Shown: positions 1 through 12,870, counted from the first letter of the stretch. The stretch: DNA of 64,000 nt from Octopus vulgaris (GCA_951406725.2 OX597817.1:69750001-69814000), one strand, 5' to 3'. The notes: generated by a model from the sequence alone, not told the origin. A program made the numbers and translations.

Positions 1-7
1 AGACGCG

Positions 8-237
8 TTTTTCTTTATTGCCCACAAGGGGCTAAACATAGAGGGGACAAACAAGGACAGACATAGGTATTAAGTCGATTACATCGACCCCAGTGCGTAA
101 CTGGTACTTAATTTATCGACCCCGAAAGGATGAAAGGCAAAGTCGACCTCGGCAGAATTTGAACTCAGAACGTAACTGCAGACGAAATACCGGTAAGCAT
201 TTCGCCCAGCGTGCTAACGTTTCTACCAGCTCGCCGC
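8..237 (-). mobile_element. tRNA-derived SINE family A (Meta/MESC-like central domain), tail type A
   Basis: Reverse complement has an A-box-like head GGCGAGCTGGTAGAAACG, B-box GAGTTCAAATTC, central GCCTTTCATCCTTTCGGGGTCGATAAA resembling the Meta domain, and tail ...GTGGGCAATAAAGAAA. Many copies occur in the window. Confidence 0.9.
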
Positions 238-520
238 TCTACAACACGCAGTAGTAAATCGTGCAGAGGAGTGCTACAATCGGAACACATTATACCCTCT
301 CTGTCGTATATTCCTATACGCAAACAGATATTTCATACTTGAATATGCAACGGTAAATCGAGTATGGTCTAGTGTAACACTATGACCATATTGCACATTC
401 TTTGCGGGTTCAATTCCTCTGAGCACCAATTTGGGTAAGTTTCTTCTAAACCGTGCGAGGTCCAATATGCCAGTCTGAATATATTACACGCTCTTCGTTG
501 TTTATTTTGTCCTATATTAA

Positions 521-751
521 GGCGGCGAGCTGGCAGAAACGTTAGCGTGCCGGGCGAAATGCTTAGCGATATTTCGTCTGCCGTTACGTTCTGAGTTCAA
601 ATTCCGCCGAGGTCGACTTTGCCTTTCATCTTTTCAGGGTCGATAAATAAAGTACCAATTACTCACTGGGGTCGATGTAATCGACTTAATCCCTTTGTCT
701 GTCCTTGTTTGTCCCCTCTATGTTTAGCCTCTTGTGGGTAATAAAGAAATA
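521..751 (+). mobile_element. Full-length SINE family A, tail A, with TSD
   Basis: Same consensus. The direct repeat TATTTTGTCCTATA lies at 503-516 and 752-765. Confidence 0.92.
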
Positions 752-898
752 TATTTTGTCCTATACTCGCGCCAGTTCCTGGTTTTGTGCACATGTTCAA
801 ACTATAAGGGCGGCAGACTGGCTAAAGTGTTCAAGAGTGGGAAAAACTACGTAGTTTGCTAATAAATCTTGCACCGAATAGCAAGGACAAGATAAATA

Positions 899-1088
899 TA
901 TGATGGGGTGCTGAAAAGTTCCTGGCTTTGGGTAAAAAAAAATACAGGAGAATCAGATATGAATTTATTCAACATGTTCACCTCTCAGATTCACACACTT
1001 ATTGCAGCGGTCCTTCAGTTTTTCTAAGCCCTGCAAAAGAACTCGGAAGGTTGGGTCTCCAACCAGGTATTTCGCAATACCCTCATTA
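899..1088. mobile_element. Mariner-like MITE, partial copy
   Basis: Homologous to 12969-13191. Starts TA-TGATGGGGTGCTGAAAAGTTCCTGGCTTT. Confidence 0.7.
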
Positions 1089-1462
1089 CACTCTCTCTCT
1101 TCATAGTCTTCTCTATTTCTGTAGCGTTTGTTTCGTTTTTTTTTTACTTTGCCCAGGGCAATTTTGCCTTTCATCTTTGCGGGGCCGATAAAATAAAGTA
1201 TAAGATTAGATACAGGGTTGATATCTTTGACAACAACCTTACTCCAAAATGGACTTGTTTATGTTAAAAATCATTATCATCATCATCATCATAATCATCA
1301 TCATCATCATGTTCTTCTTCTTCTTCTTCTTCTTCTTCTTCTTCACCTCCTCCTCCTTCTCCCCTGCCTACCCCTCCTCCTGGAATATTATTTCTACAAG
1401 AGAGCCTGTGAAACAGTAGACACAATGGAGTATATGTGTTGAATAGGAGTAGTTATAATGGG

Positions 1463-1493
<31 letters not shown>

Positions 1494-1534
1494 CATACAT
1501 ACATACATACATACATACATACGTACGTACATAC

Positions 1535-3226
1535 AAATGTTACTATACGATTGTGAAAAGGGGAAACTATCAACCAGACTAGCAACATTTCCATCAATGA
1601 TTTGACTGTTTCCCCTATATCTGACGAGGAATGTTACAGGTATTTAGGAGTGGATGAAAATATATCTTACAATGGCACCTCTAACAAAACAGGTGTCACT
1701 AAAGAATATTACAGTCGAATAAAGAAAATATGAACCTCAGAACTCTCTGCATTCAATAAAACAGTGCCCATCCCCAATGTGTTTGTAGTGTCAGTACTCA
1801 TACCAATGCTTGGGCTGTTTAACTGGACGCTTGATGAGATCCGAACCATTTATGTGAAAACCCGAAAAATACTAACAAGCACACATAATTTCCACATAAA
1901 CAGTGACGAAAACGGTTACAACGAAAACAAGGCGGCAGAGGCTTAACATTAATCCAAAATGCCTTTGAATGTCGCATCATATCCCTTCACCAACATCTTT
2001 TAACCACCAAGTGTCGAAGTGCATCCCTTGATCAAGTTTGCATACATGAGGCTGATAACATCATTAGACTTGGAAGGCAGCTCCTTGAGCAACATTCTTT
2101 GTCTGATAACCTAGAATACATATACAAAGAAGTCACACGCTTCTAACATATCATCAGATGAAAGGATGAGGCTATATGATCAGAAAACTATGTATAGATA
2201 TTTTAGTAGAAAGCTCCGAGATGATAGCAACATTGATCATCAAAGCAGTCTATCATGGACGAATAGCCAGACAACAACCTTCCACTTTGAAGGGTATGCG
2301 TATGCAATCCAGGAACAGGAAATATCAACCAAGTACCTAATGCACAAAAGGGATAGAGATGCAGGAAAAGCAGTAAAATGTGACAACCGATGCAGACTTT
2401 GTGGAGTTAATACCGAAGATATCACTCACATGATAAGCAGCTGTTCGAAAATGTCATCACGATATTATCTACCGATAAGACATGATATGGTTTCTAGGGC
2501 ACTCTATAATGAAATCCGTCGGAAGGGTAACCCCGAAGACAAAGAAATAAGAACCTACAGCATGGTAGAAGCCATAGCTGCTCATAATAAAAAGGAATAC
2601 TGGTGGAATGTCCTAGTGAAGACCTCAATAAAATGACAATAGACCTGATATAATGATTTGGGATAGAGAAGAGAAACTGTGTACAGTTGTGGAAATTAGC
2701 TGCCCACTGGATGTTAACAAAAAGCTGAAGTGAAAAAGAGAATAACGACGCTGAACTTTTGAGAAATCTGCAGTTACTCTGTCTAGATTACAAGTTCAGG
2801 TTTATACCTGTAACCATTGGGGCCTTGGGATATGTAACACTGACTAAATACCAATCTTGAGAAATTAGGCTTCTCAAAACCAGAAAAGAGAAAGCTAATT
2901 CGAAGACTAGAGATCCAATCCATCACTGGAACTGTAAAAATCTGTAAAACTTTCCAGAAGTTTATCATTTAAATATATATGAGCATGTCTAGATATGCAA
3001 CTATATGCATTAGAAAATACACATAAAGCAAAGCATACAAATCTGCACACATACATACATACATACATACATACATACATACATACATACATACATACAT
3101 ACATACATACATACAAAAATACCCTGTTGTTGATGTTGAAATTCCAATGAAGGAACCTTGGATCTAGGTTGGGAACCGGCTGTTTCTCAATTGGCAAGAA
3201 ATCTTGAAATAAAACTAAACAATGAC
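1535..3226 (+). mobile_element. 5'-truncated decayed non-LTR retrotransposon with restriction-like endonuclease (R4/Dong-like), in (TACA)n
   Basis: Broken frames give YRYLG (RT C-terminus), IQEQEI, the CCHC knuckle CRLC...ITHMISSC, RHD, RPDIMIWD...VEISCP and IGALG. (TACA)n lies on both sides and inside the 3' UTR. Confidence 0.9.
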
Positions 3227-3250
3227 ATACATACATATATACATGCATGG

Positions 3251-3286
<36 letters not shown>

Positions 3287-4026
3287 ATATGTGTGCATGT
3301 GTATGTAAAAAGCTATAACATCTGCGTTCAACTCCATTTACTTATATATATATATATATGAACATCTTCACATGACAATTTGAATGAAACGGAAGCGAGA
3401 TCATATTGCGGGGATCCGGAACATTTCCGTTACTTCAACCGGCTCGTTCACTCGCTCACTTACTCACAACACAGTTGAATTCATTTTCTAATGATATATA
3501 CGAGGAAGCAAATAGAATAAGAACAAAAACATCTCACAACACACACAGATACACGCATCATCACCACAATAACAGAATAACGAGAATAACGGAATAACAG
3601 AATAACGAGAAAAAATGAAACGGTTGCCATCTAAACTGCCTGACAAAAGTGGATTTGATTTGCTTCAGTAAAGTATCAACTACATGCATATAACAATTTA
3701 AACGCTTTGTCGTATTTAGTTGTATTACCCTTATGTTTTATATTTTCCCTCTAATTTCAAACTACGAATAAGTTTAATCTTTCGAACTCAAGTTAATCTT
3801 TTCTCATCATGCAGTCGATCAAAAAAAAAAAAAAAAACAAGAGAGAGAGAGAATATCAGTCGGGGCTGTTGGGTAAGCAGAACTTTAAGAAAACCAGGCC
3901 AGATGCTTTAAAACATCAGCAGTCCTCAAATTTTTTGCTCTATAAACTGATTTCATGCAACACAATTTTTCCAGGTACCGCTGAATCACGCGCAATAAAG
4001 TGCATAAAATATAATTTGATTTGTGC

Positions 4027-4060
<34 letters not shown>

Positions 4061-4144
4061 GCATGTATATTATATATATATTACATAAATATGGCAAAAA
4101 CACCTTATAGACTGCAATAGTCAATGAAATCATTTAACTTTTCT

Positions 4145-4742
4145 TGTTTTAGCCAGTGGAACACTGGAGTTGACGTAATCGGCTTACCTCTAACCCATCC
4201 CCAAAATTGCTGGCCTTGTGTCAAAAGTTAAATCTATTATTATTATTATTATTATTATTTAAAATTGAACCGGCTAATTGGAAGAATCGTTAGCATGCGG
4301 GGCGAAATGTTTAGCGGCATTTCGTCTGCCGCTACATTCTGAGTTCAAACTCCACCGTGGTCGACTTTGCCTTTCATCCCTTCGGGGTTGATAGATTAAG
4401 TACCAGTTACGTACTGGGAGTTGATCTGATCGACTGGCCTCCTTCTCATAAAATTCCAGGCTTTGTGCCTACTGTAGAAAGGATTATTATTATTATTATT
4501 ACTACTACTACTTGGATAAGGCAGTGAGCTGGCAGAATCGATGGCACGCACGACAAAGTGCTTAGCGGCATTTTCTCCGTCCTTACGTTCTAAGCTCAAA
4601 TTCCGCTGTGGTCGACTTTGCCTTTCATCCTTTTGGGAGTCGATAAAATAAGTACCAGTTACGCACTGCGGTCGATGTAATATACTAGCCCCCTCCCACC
4701 AAATTTCAGGCCTTGTGCCTATAATAAAAAGGATTATTATTA
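4145..4742 (+). mobile_element. Head-to-tail cluster of three SINE-A copies (one partial), tail type B ending in (ATT)n
   Basis: SINE-A body followed by ...AAATTTCAGGCCTTGTGCCTA..AGAAAGG(ATT)n. Each copy follows the (ATT)n tail of the previous one. Confidence 0.85.
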
Positions 4743-5734
4743 CTACTAACAGAAAAACCGCTGGCATGTGTTAGCAATATTGATATTGTATATGCATATA
4801 GATATGATACATAAATTATAGAGTAAACTGACAATATGCTCATGAATTGAACAAAGATTCTAGTTTATTCTGTAATCAGTAAGATAATCCCCGATACATT
4901 AAAAAAAGACGATGATGAAAATTATAAAAGAGATGAGACTGTCAAGGGAAAATGTTCATGAATCTTCTGAATGAATTCGAAAATAAATCATCAGATGGGA
5001 ATTAATGAACTACATTTTCCAATATGAAGAGTTGAGTTTTGCTATATTGTTGTTTCATTATATTCACTTATAGATGTCTTAAGTATTTCTAGTGTCCCTT
5101 TCCTAGCAATTAAAAAGAAACTTAAATACTGTTCTATTAAGCGAGAGTAATGAGTGTTTCACATCACTGTAGAATTTTTTTTTTGCAGACACAACTGTTA
5201 GCAAACGAACCCTTTTCATTTATCTCGGTTAATATTTTTTTATATTTTCTTTTCTTGACGCTCTTGATAATGCAACATACATCTGACCATGTGTGAAGAA
5301 TTGTGTTGGGAGATGATATTATTGACTAAATAATTTCAAAGTGGTACCCCAGCATGACAGTAGTCTAACACAATTTGAAAACTCAATCCTATTAGAGATT
5401 ATTGTTTTTGCACTACATAATACTTTTCAAAATAATTTACTCACTTATTTTGTTGTTGTTTTTTCCCCGCTTTATTACATTTTTCACGAACGCGAACATA
5501 TTCCATATGTTTACATATGGAATTCAAACGGAAGTTGATATTAAAAGCAGAAGCAAATCTTGTAATATAAAGCATTATAATTTATGTTTGATATACAGAT
5601 AAACTTTATAATTTAAAAATTTTTTAATATACATTTGTAATTTCTTCAAAGTAATGTGACTTCTTTTAATAACGTGGAGGTGGTAATGGGGAACAGGACA
5701 TAGTCCTGCACTTCTTCTATCATTATAATATAGA

Positions 5735-5960
5735 TTTGGCGAGCTGGCAGAATCGTTACCACGCCGGGTAAAATACTTAGCGACATTTTGTCAGTCTTTA
5801 TGTTCTGAATGCAAATTCCACCGAGGTCGACTTTGTCTTTCATCCTTTCTGGGTCAACAAATTAAGTACTGGTGGAACACTGGAGTCGATGTAATTGGCT
5901 AGTTCCCTCCTCCAAAATTTCAGGCCTTGTGCCTTTAGTAGAAATGATTATTATTATTAT
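5735..5960 (+). mobile_element. SINE family A, tail B
   Basis: Matches head, B-box, central domain and tail B. Confidence 0.85.
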
Positions 5961-6296
5961 TGCTACCTGAAGGTAGAACCAACTAGCTTCTATAGGCGGT
6001 CACAGTACTGTAGTTAACAAATACTGTTGCTCTTTAACCCGAGGTGTGCTCCATGCATAATCATCCATATCGTTGTTATTTAGCGCTACACCCTAAATTG
6101 TCCAGGGTTTTTCATTTCCCAAGAAAGAAAAGTGTGATTTAAGCGAGACCTGGTTCCTAGTTGGCTCAAAATGACATGTTTTTGTCAGCTTGTAGTGCTC
6201 AGCTTAATGTTCTTGAGAATAGCATATATATATATATCTTGCTGTGTGGTGCACCCCTTTCCAATGGAATACCCCAAGAAATTTATTTATTTATTT

Positions 6297-6458
6297 GGCT
6301 GTGTGGTAAGTAGCTTGCTTACCAACCACATGGTTCCGGGTTCAGTCCCACTGCGTGGTATCTTGGGCAAATGTCTTCTACTATAGTCTCGGGCAGACCA
6401 AAGCCTTGTGAGTTGATTTGGTAGAAGGAAACTGAAAGAAGCCCGTCGTATATATGTA

Positions 6459-6526
<68 letters not shown>

Positions 6527-6740
6527 TGTGTTTGTCCCCCCCCCCCCGCCAACGTCGCTTGACAACCGATGCTGGTGTGTTTACGTCACCGTAACTTAGC
6601 GGTTCGGCAAAACCCCACGATAGAATAAGTACTAGGCTTACAAAGAATAAGTCCTGGGGTCGATTTGCTCGACTAAAGGCGGTGCTCCAGCATGGCCACA
6701 GTCAAATGACTGAAACAAGTAAAAGAGAGAGTAAAAGCGT
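6297..6740 (+). mobile_element. tRNA-derived SINE family B (CORE-like motif, internal (TA)n(TG)n, AAAAGAG tail)
   Basis: A-box TGGCTGTGTGG, B-box GGTTCAGTCCC, CORE-like TCTTGGGCAAATG, an internal microsatellite and 3' GACTGAAACAAGTAAAAGAG. More than 8 copies occur in the window. Confidence 0.9.
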
Positions 6741-7354
6741 AAGGAAAAAATTTATTAATTCAATGAATTATAATTATTTTAAATATGGATAGTGAAGGAT
6801 TTTAAAAAATTGAATTGTTTACACCCTCACACCTTTGTCAAAATTAATTAAGGGTTATTGTCCTATTTTAACCTCAGCATCCTACTTATATTCGGAGTAA
6901 TTAACCTCAAGTGATTTAGTTACTTTTTACAAATTCTACTCATAGTTATTTTATTCTTCTTCACAAAATTCAATAAAATTTTACTCAACAATTTTCTGAA
7001 ACTGTTAAGCGTCATTTCCATAATGAATGAAGTATAGAATATGGAAGAAACGGGAAATTAGAACAGGAAATCGTTAGAAAGCGAAGTGCAATATCAGAGA
7101 CATGTTTCTACAGTTAAAGTTTATGATTACTAAAGCGCCTCCTGCAAAACACAACATTGCTTGTAAATGTTGGATAACAGGACAAATGAAAACGTCAAAA
7201 GGAGGATAGTGTTTGAAAAATCTTTAAGAAATCCTTTTTATAAGGCTAGATCAAAGTAGGCAGCATGACTTCATTGTTACACGCGAAGAAGCATGGACGT
7301 CGAAAGCGGAATTCATTGATTTACATTAATATTCAGGAACTATTTATTTCTTGG

Positions 7355-7456
7355 TATTATTATTATTATTATTATTACTATTGTGATGTTGTTGATATTA
7401 TTATTATCATCCTCCTCATCATCATCATTGTTTTTGCACCACATAATACATTATTA

Positions 7457-7550
<94 letters not shown>

Positions 7551-7552
7551 CG

Positions 7553-7589
<37 letters not shown>

Positions 7590-7668
7590 GATGATGTTGT
7601 TGATATTATTATTATTATCATTGTTATTATCATCCTCCTCCTCCTCATTGTTTTTGCACCACATAATA

Positions 7669-7750
<82 letters not shown>
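7355..7750. repeat. (ATT)n array containing a ~200-bp tandem duplication
   Basis: The block TGATGTTGTTGATATT...ATTGTTTTTGCACCACATAATACA occurs twice, each time followed by (TTA)n. Confidence 0.9.
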
Positions 7751-8067
7751 TCTTTCAAAGCGGCGAGATGGTAGAATTGTCAACGCACCAGAAAAAAATG
7801 TTTAGCAGTATTTCTTCTGGTTTTACGTTCTCAATTTAAATGCCGCCAAAGTAGACTTTGCCTTTCATCTTTTCCGGGTCGTTGCTAAAAATTAGAAATA
7901 ATTATACTTTGATCTTCTTCGTTTCGTAGATTTAAATTTTTAAAATTACTTGAAAAGGTATCAAATAACTTCGAAGCATCATAAAATATTACAGTTTCGT
8001 ATCGAAAATGTCGAAATAAATCAATGCTTATGAAATTATTATTTTTTTTTTTGAATGAGGAATTGAA

Positions 8068-8120
8068 ATTCCTTAGGTTTATATTCCTTAGGTTTATATT
8101 CCTTAGGTTTATATTCCTTA
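8068..8120. repeat. 15-bp tandem repeat ATTCCTTAGGTTTAT, about 3.5 copies
   Basis: Directly visible. Confidence 0.95.
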
Positions 8121-8274
8121 TAAATATTTTTGTTTTCATAAATCAAAACTAAATAAGAAATAGATTCTAAGTTGAAGAACTGGGCTCTTAATCTGATACC
8201 TATCGTTTGTAAAACCAGTGTTCCAAAATTGATGAATACAAGGGAAATTTTGCCCCCCTAAATAAATATTGATT

Positions 8275-8656
8275 ACAAAGGCCTGCGATCTTCGGGAAAA
8301 GGGTAAGTCGATTGCATCGACCCCAGTGCTTAAATAGTACTTATTTTACGAACCCCGAAAGGATGAAAGGCAGAGTCGACCTCGGCGGAATTTGAACTCA
8401 GAACGTTGCGGCAGACGAAATACTTATTTCTTTACTACCCACAAGGGGCTAAACACAGAGAGGACAAACAAGGATCCACAAACGGATTAAGTCGAATTCA
8501 TCGACCCCAGTGCGTAACTGGTACTTATTTAATCGACCCCGAAAGGATGAAAGGCAAAGTCGACCTTGGCGGAATTTGAACTCAGAACATAACAGCAGAC
8601 GAAATACCGTTAAGCATTTTGTCCGACCTGCTAACAATTCTGCCAGCTTGCCGCCA
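8275..8656 (-). mobile_element. Nested SINE-A dimer
   Basis: Two bodies with one head. Junction GACGAAATACT|TATTTCTTTACTACCCACAAGGGG. Confidence 0.88.
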
Positions 8657-8949
8657 TGGTCTTTAAATAAATATTGGGGAAAATTTTTGCCCACAAGCGA
8701 TTATAAGAGATATTTTTTTATTAACGAGAAGCCAAACTAACGTCTACACCCAAATAATTCTTCTTCATCAGGGTGTTAGACAACTTTCAAACAAATAATT
8801 CACCCGCCTACTTTCACTTCACAAAGACTCCTCCCTCAGAAGCCTTGGTTCCTCATGAAAGAAATATTATTTAAAATCCGTATCAGCCCTGATTAAAAGA
8901 CGTTCCAATGATGGTCACTTCCATTGTTTTTTAATATAAGTTTCAAACT

Positions 8950-9565
8950 TTGGCACAAGACCAGTATTTTTTTTTTAGGTGAGAGGATAAGTCGATTACA
9001 TTGACTCCAGTACTTAACTGGTACTTATTTTATCGTTCCCGAAAGGATGAAAATCAAAATCTACCTCGGCGGAATTTGAACTCAGAACACGAAGACAAGA
9101 AATGCCGCTAAGCTTTTTGCCCGGCGCAGTAACGATTCTACCAGCCCACATCCTTCAATTGCTTTTTGATATCAAGAACTCATCATCGAATTTGTTTTTC
9201 CTTTTTCTTTAAGACAGTAAGGTGTAATAATTTGAGGGAGATTTGACTTCTATTACTAAACAGGTCGAGCGACCACATAAAAAAATTTTTGTTAACATTA
9301 GTTTCTCTTATGAGGTTTCTATTTCCATTAAAACTTCTATTGAACAAACAATGAATAGTTCTTCCGACTAAAAGTACAAGGGCTGGAATTGTGCAAGGAG
9401 GGGACAAGTCGCTTACATTAATCCCACTAACTTAACTGGTACTTATTCTATAGACATCGAAAATTGATCACAGCGGAATTTGAACTCAGAATGTCGTAAA
9501 GAGCCGGGAGAAATGCCGCCAAGCATTTTGTCCAACTCGCTAAAGAGTCCTGGCAGCTTGCCACT
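8950..9565 (-). mobile_element. Two diverged SINE-A copies (~8950-9155 and ~9370-9565)
   Basis: Each has the GGAATTTGAACTCAGAA B-box and the central domain. Confidence 0.8.
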
Positions 9566-10402
9566 TTTGCAAGAATGAATAATATTTAGAGACGCAGAAG
9601 AGGGATCCTGATTCTCTTATGTAGAAAAAAAAAAAAAGATACCAGAGCGAAGATCCTTCAATAATATGCTACCATGAGAGCTTTCTAGTTTAGAAGGCAT
9701 TTATTTTGTAAGGCTATTTTATTGATTAGAAAAGCCTAATGTTCTAAAACCACCTTTAAATGATCCATAGGTAAAAAGAAAGGAAAACGAAAAAGGAAAA
9801 ATTATAAACCAACGTATCTAACATGAAGAAAGATATGTCTTCTGTCATATTTGTTTTTCTCAAAACATAAATAATGCAATGTCTTGGCGATGTTGGAAAA
9901 AGCAACATAACTTGATGTGGCATGGTCTCACACAGTATTATATAGATATCGTAAATTGGTTACAAAGTAACACTTTACGGTTTATTCAAGCGCATAAAAT
10001 GTCTAGCTAATAGCCCAGAAACACAATGTTATGGATGACTGCCATTCGAGTGGACTTTATCACTAAACTGCAACCGAATCGTTCAGATATAAGAGATCTT
10101 AACTGTTTGGAAATTGTTCTTACTGATGCTTTGAAAGATGTTTTTGCTGTTGTCGTAGCTCAGAAAGGCAGATGAATTATATATCAAGCACTTAAAACAA
10201 TATGTTGTTCTTGCTGTTGCTCCCGTTGCTGTTGTTGTTTCAAATCCATCCGGACCTACAAGATCTGTGACCAGAGTTGTTCCAGCAGCATTAGCGTAAT
10301 TGGAAAAGGGTAGCGGGGGAAGTGGAGCGGGGGGTAGCAGAGCGAGGAAAGTGGAGCTAGTTGTTTGATGTTCAAACCCTGGCAAGCCCTGATAATATAG
10401 AT

Positions 10403-10709
10403 CAGTGGTTCTCAACCGGGGTCTATATGGCCCTTGAGGATCCATAAAAGATTCCATAGTTAAAATTTATGTGCAATTAATTGGTTATACGTTTATAATA
10501 CACACAATATTTTAATAATTTTTTGTAATCCTTTTATTCTTTTTCTTGTTGCAGCCATTTGACTTCAGCCATTCTGGAGCACTGCCCAGTACTTATTCTA
10601 TCGGTCACTTTTTGCCGAACCACTAGGTGAGGTGACAGGGGCGTAAACACACCATCATCGGTTGTCCAGCGATGGTGGGGGAACACAGACACAAATAACA
10701 AATACATAT

Positions 10710-10740
<31 letters not shown>

Positions 10741-11025
10741 TATATATATATATATGCATACGACGGGCTTCTTTCAGTTACCGTCTACGACGGGCTTCTT
10801 TCAGTTACCGTCTACCAAATTTACTAACAAGGCTTTGTTCAGCCCAAGGTGTTACGCAGTGGGATTGAACCTGGAACCATGTGGTTGGGAAGTAAACTTC
10901 TTACCACACAACCACGCCTGCGCCTATAATAGGAATTTTTTAAATATTGAATAGCTTTGAGAGTCCAGTGGATTAAAATAGGAATCAAAGGTTGTCCATC
11001 GGCCAAAAATGGCTGAGAAACGCTG
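10403..11025. mobile_element. hAT (Charlie/Buster-like) MITE interrupted by a SINE-B
   Basis: TIRs CAGTGGTTCTCAACC / GGCTGAGAAACGCTG. Imperfect 8-bp TSD ATATAGAT / ATGTAGAC. Confidence 0.75.
10536..10925 (-). mobile_element. SINE family B with an internal 27-bp duplication
   Basis: Reverse match to the SINE-B consensus. CGACGGGCTTCTTTCAGTTACCGTCTA is repeated at about 10761-10815. Confidence 0.85.
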
Positions 11026-11234
11026 ATGTAGACCTTACGAATAAAGGCCTGCAATACATAACCATTCCTCCTCGTTGTCAGACATAGAATATCTGTATCC
11101 ATGACTTATAATTTTTTTCTTTATTTTTCTTGACTCCTAAGACTCCTTAGGTCGGTTACCCGGTTTCCTTGGCGTATAAGTGACCGAAATCACCACATTC
11201 CCACTGAGAAGGATGTCAGATCCTTACAGTGGTT

Positions 11235-11412
11235 AAGGCCAGCAATTTTAAGGGTAGGGGATAAGTCGATTACATTGAGCCCAGTACTTTATGTATTGAA
11301 CCCAAAACGATGAAAGGTAAAGTCGACCGCGGCGGAATTCGAACTGACTCAGGAAGAAATGACACTAAGCATTTTCGTCCGACTTGCTAGCGATTCTACC
11401 AGCTCGCCGCCT
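11235..11412 (-). mobile_element. SINE family A, diverged
   Basis: Reverse match to the SINE-A head and body. Confidence 0.8.
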
Positions 11413-11975
11413 TTCTATCCCTCCTCATATCTTTTCTTTATTTAATATGGTACACTGTGAACTGAAAGTGATTTGGCTGTTATTTTCAGCAGGCTCAGTA
11501 TCCATATAGCAACCCCGCTTCTAAAATGGGTGGAAAATATTTCAGGTACATTTCGCATGTTTTTTTCAGAGTCAATTCCATTCACCTGAGTATTTAAAAC
11601 TTCGGCTCTGAGAGGATGAATGGCAAAATATTTCTGTGAGATTTGAACCTAGAGCATAAAGATACTTAACAAGATATCAGGAAGTATTCTGAAAATTCCC
11701 AAGTCTTTATGTATGTGCGTGTGTGTGTGAGAGAGAGGCGGGGGTCACTCAGTGTCTAAAGTCGAACTTTAAACGATTCCGACAATATCTTGTTTGAACC
11801 AATCATATTCAAGCAAAGTATTTTACTCCACCCACATTAGCCGCAATTCTTTCATTTCTTTGATTGGTTGGCTTCGCAATTTTGCTTCTTTTTACGTGCT
11901 ATCTTTCAATCTATCGCTTCCATCTCTTTTTTTTTTATACACATTTCACTATTTCTGTCTTTACTTTGCGTCTCC

Positions 11976-12098
<123 letters not shown>

Positions 12099-12477
12099 AA
12101 CACACACACACCACAACACATTATACTCTCACACGTATACACACGCTATAATTTCTTTTTATCTGTCTGTCTGTCTGTCTGTCTCTCTCATTCTTAGTCT
12201 CTGCATTTCTTTTTCCTTTTTCTCCTCCTTTTAGTCACCGATCTTTCCTCTTGTTCTATTTCCATTAGAGCATAATGTTTTTCTCTTATGCATATTCCAT
12301 TAGTTTTTAATATTAATATCATTATGCTTCTATCTCTAAAAACATGGCATTTCTATTAAAAAATAACACTCATTTTTATTCTACTAAATAATATAATAAT
12401 TATGCATGTTTGTCAATATACACATAACGTTTCTCAATATTCACATATCATCATCATCTGCATATTGTATAATCTCT

Positions 12478-12870
12478 TCTACTCTAAGCACAAGGCCGAA
12501 ATTTTGGGGGAGTGGAGGCAGTCGATTAGATTGACCCCAGTATGCAACTGGTACTTAACTTAACGACCCCGAAAGGATGAAAGGCGAAATCGACCTCAGC
12601 GGAATTTGAACTCAGAACATTAAGACAGACGAAATGCTTATTTCTTTACTACCCACAAGGGGCTAAACACAGAAAGGTCAAACAAGGACAGACAAAGGGA
12701 TTAATTCGATTACATCGACTCCAGTGCGTAACTGGTATCTAATTTTATCGACCCCGAAAGGATGAAAGGCAAAGTCGACCTCGGCGGAATTTGAACTTCA
12801 GAACATTAAGACAGACGAAATACTGATAAGCATTTCGCTCGGCGTGCTAACGTTTCTGCCAGCTTGCCGC
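12478..12870 (-). mobile_element. Nested SINE-A dimer (tail-A unit joined to an older tail-B unit)
   Basis: Junction GACGAAATGCT|TATTTCTTTACTACCCACAAGG. The leftmost unit carries tail B. Confidence 0.88.

Noticed and set aside
8740-8795. Hammerhead on the minus strand (GAAA...CTGATGA)
   Set aside because: No convincing stems. The same holds for CTGATGA at about 33312.
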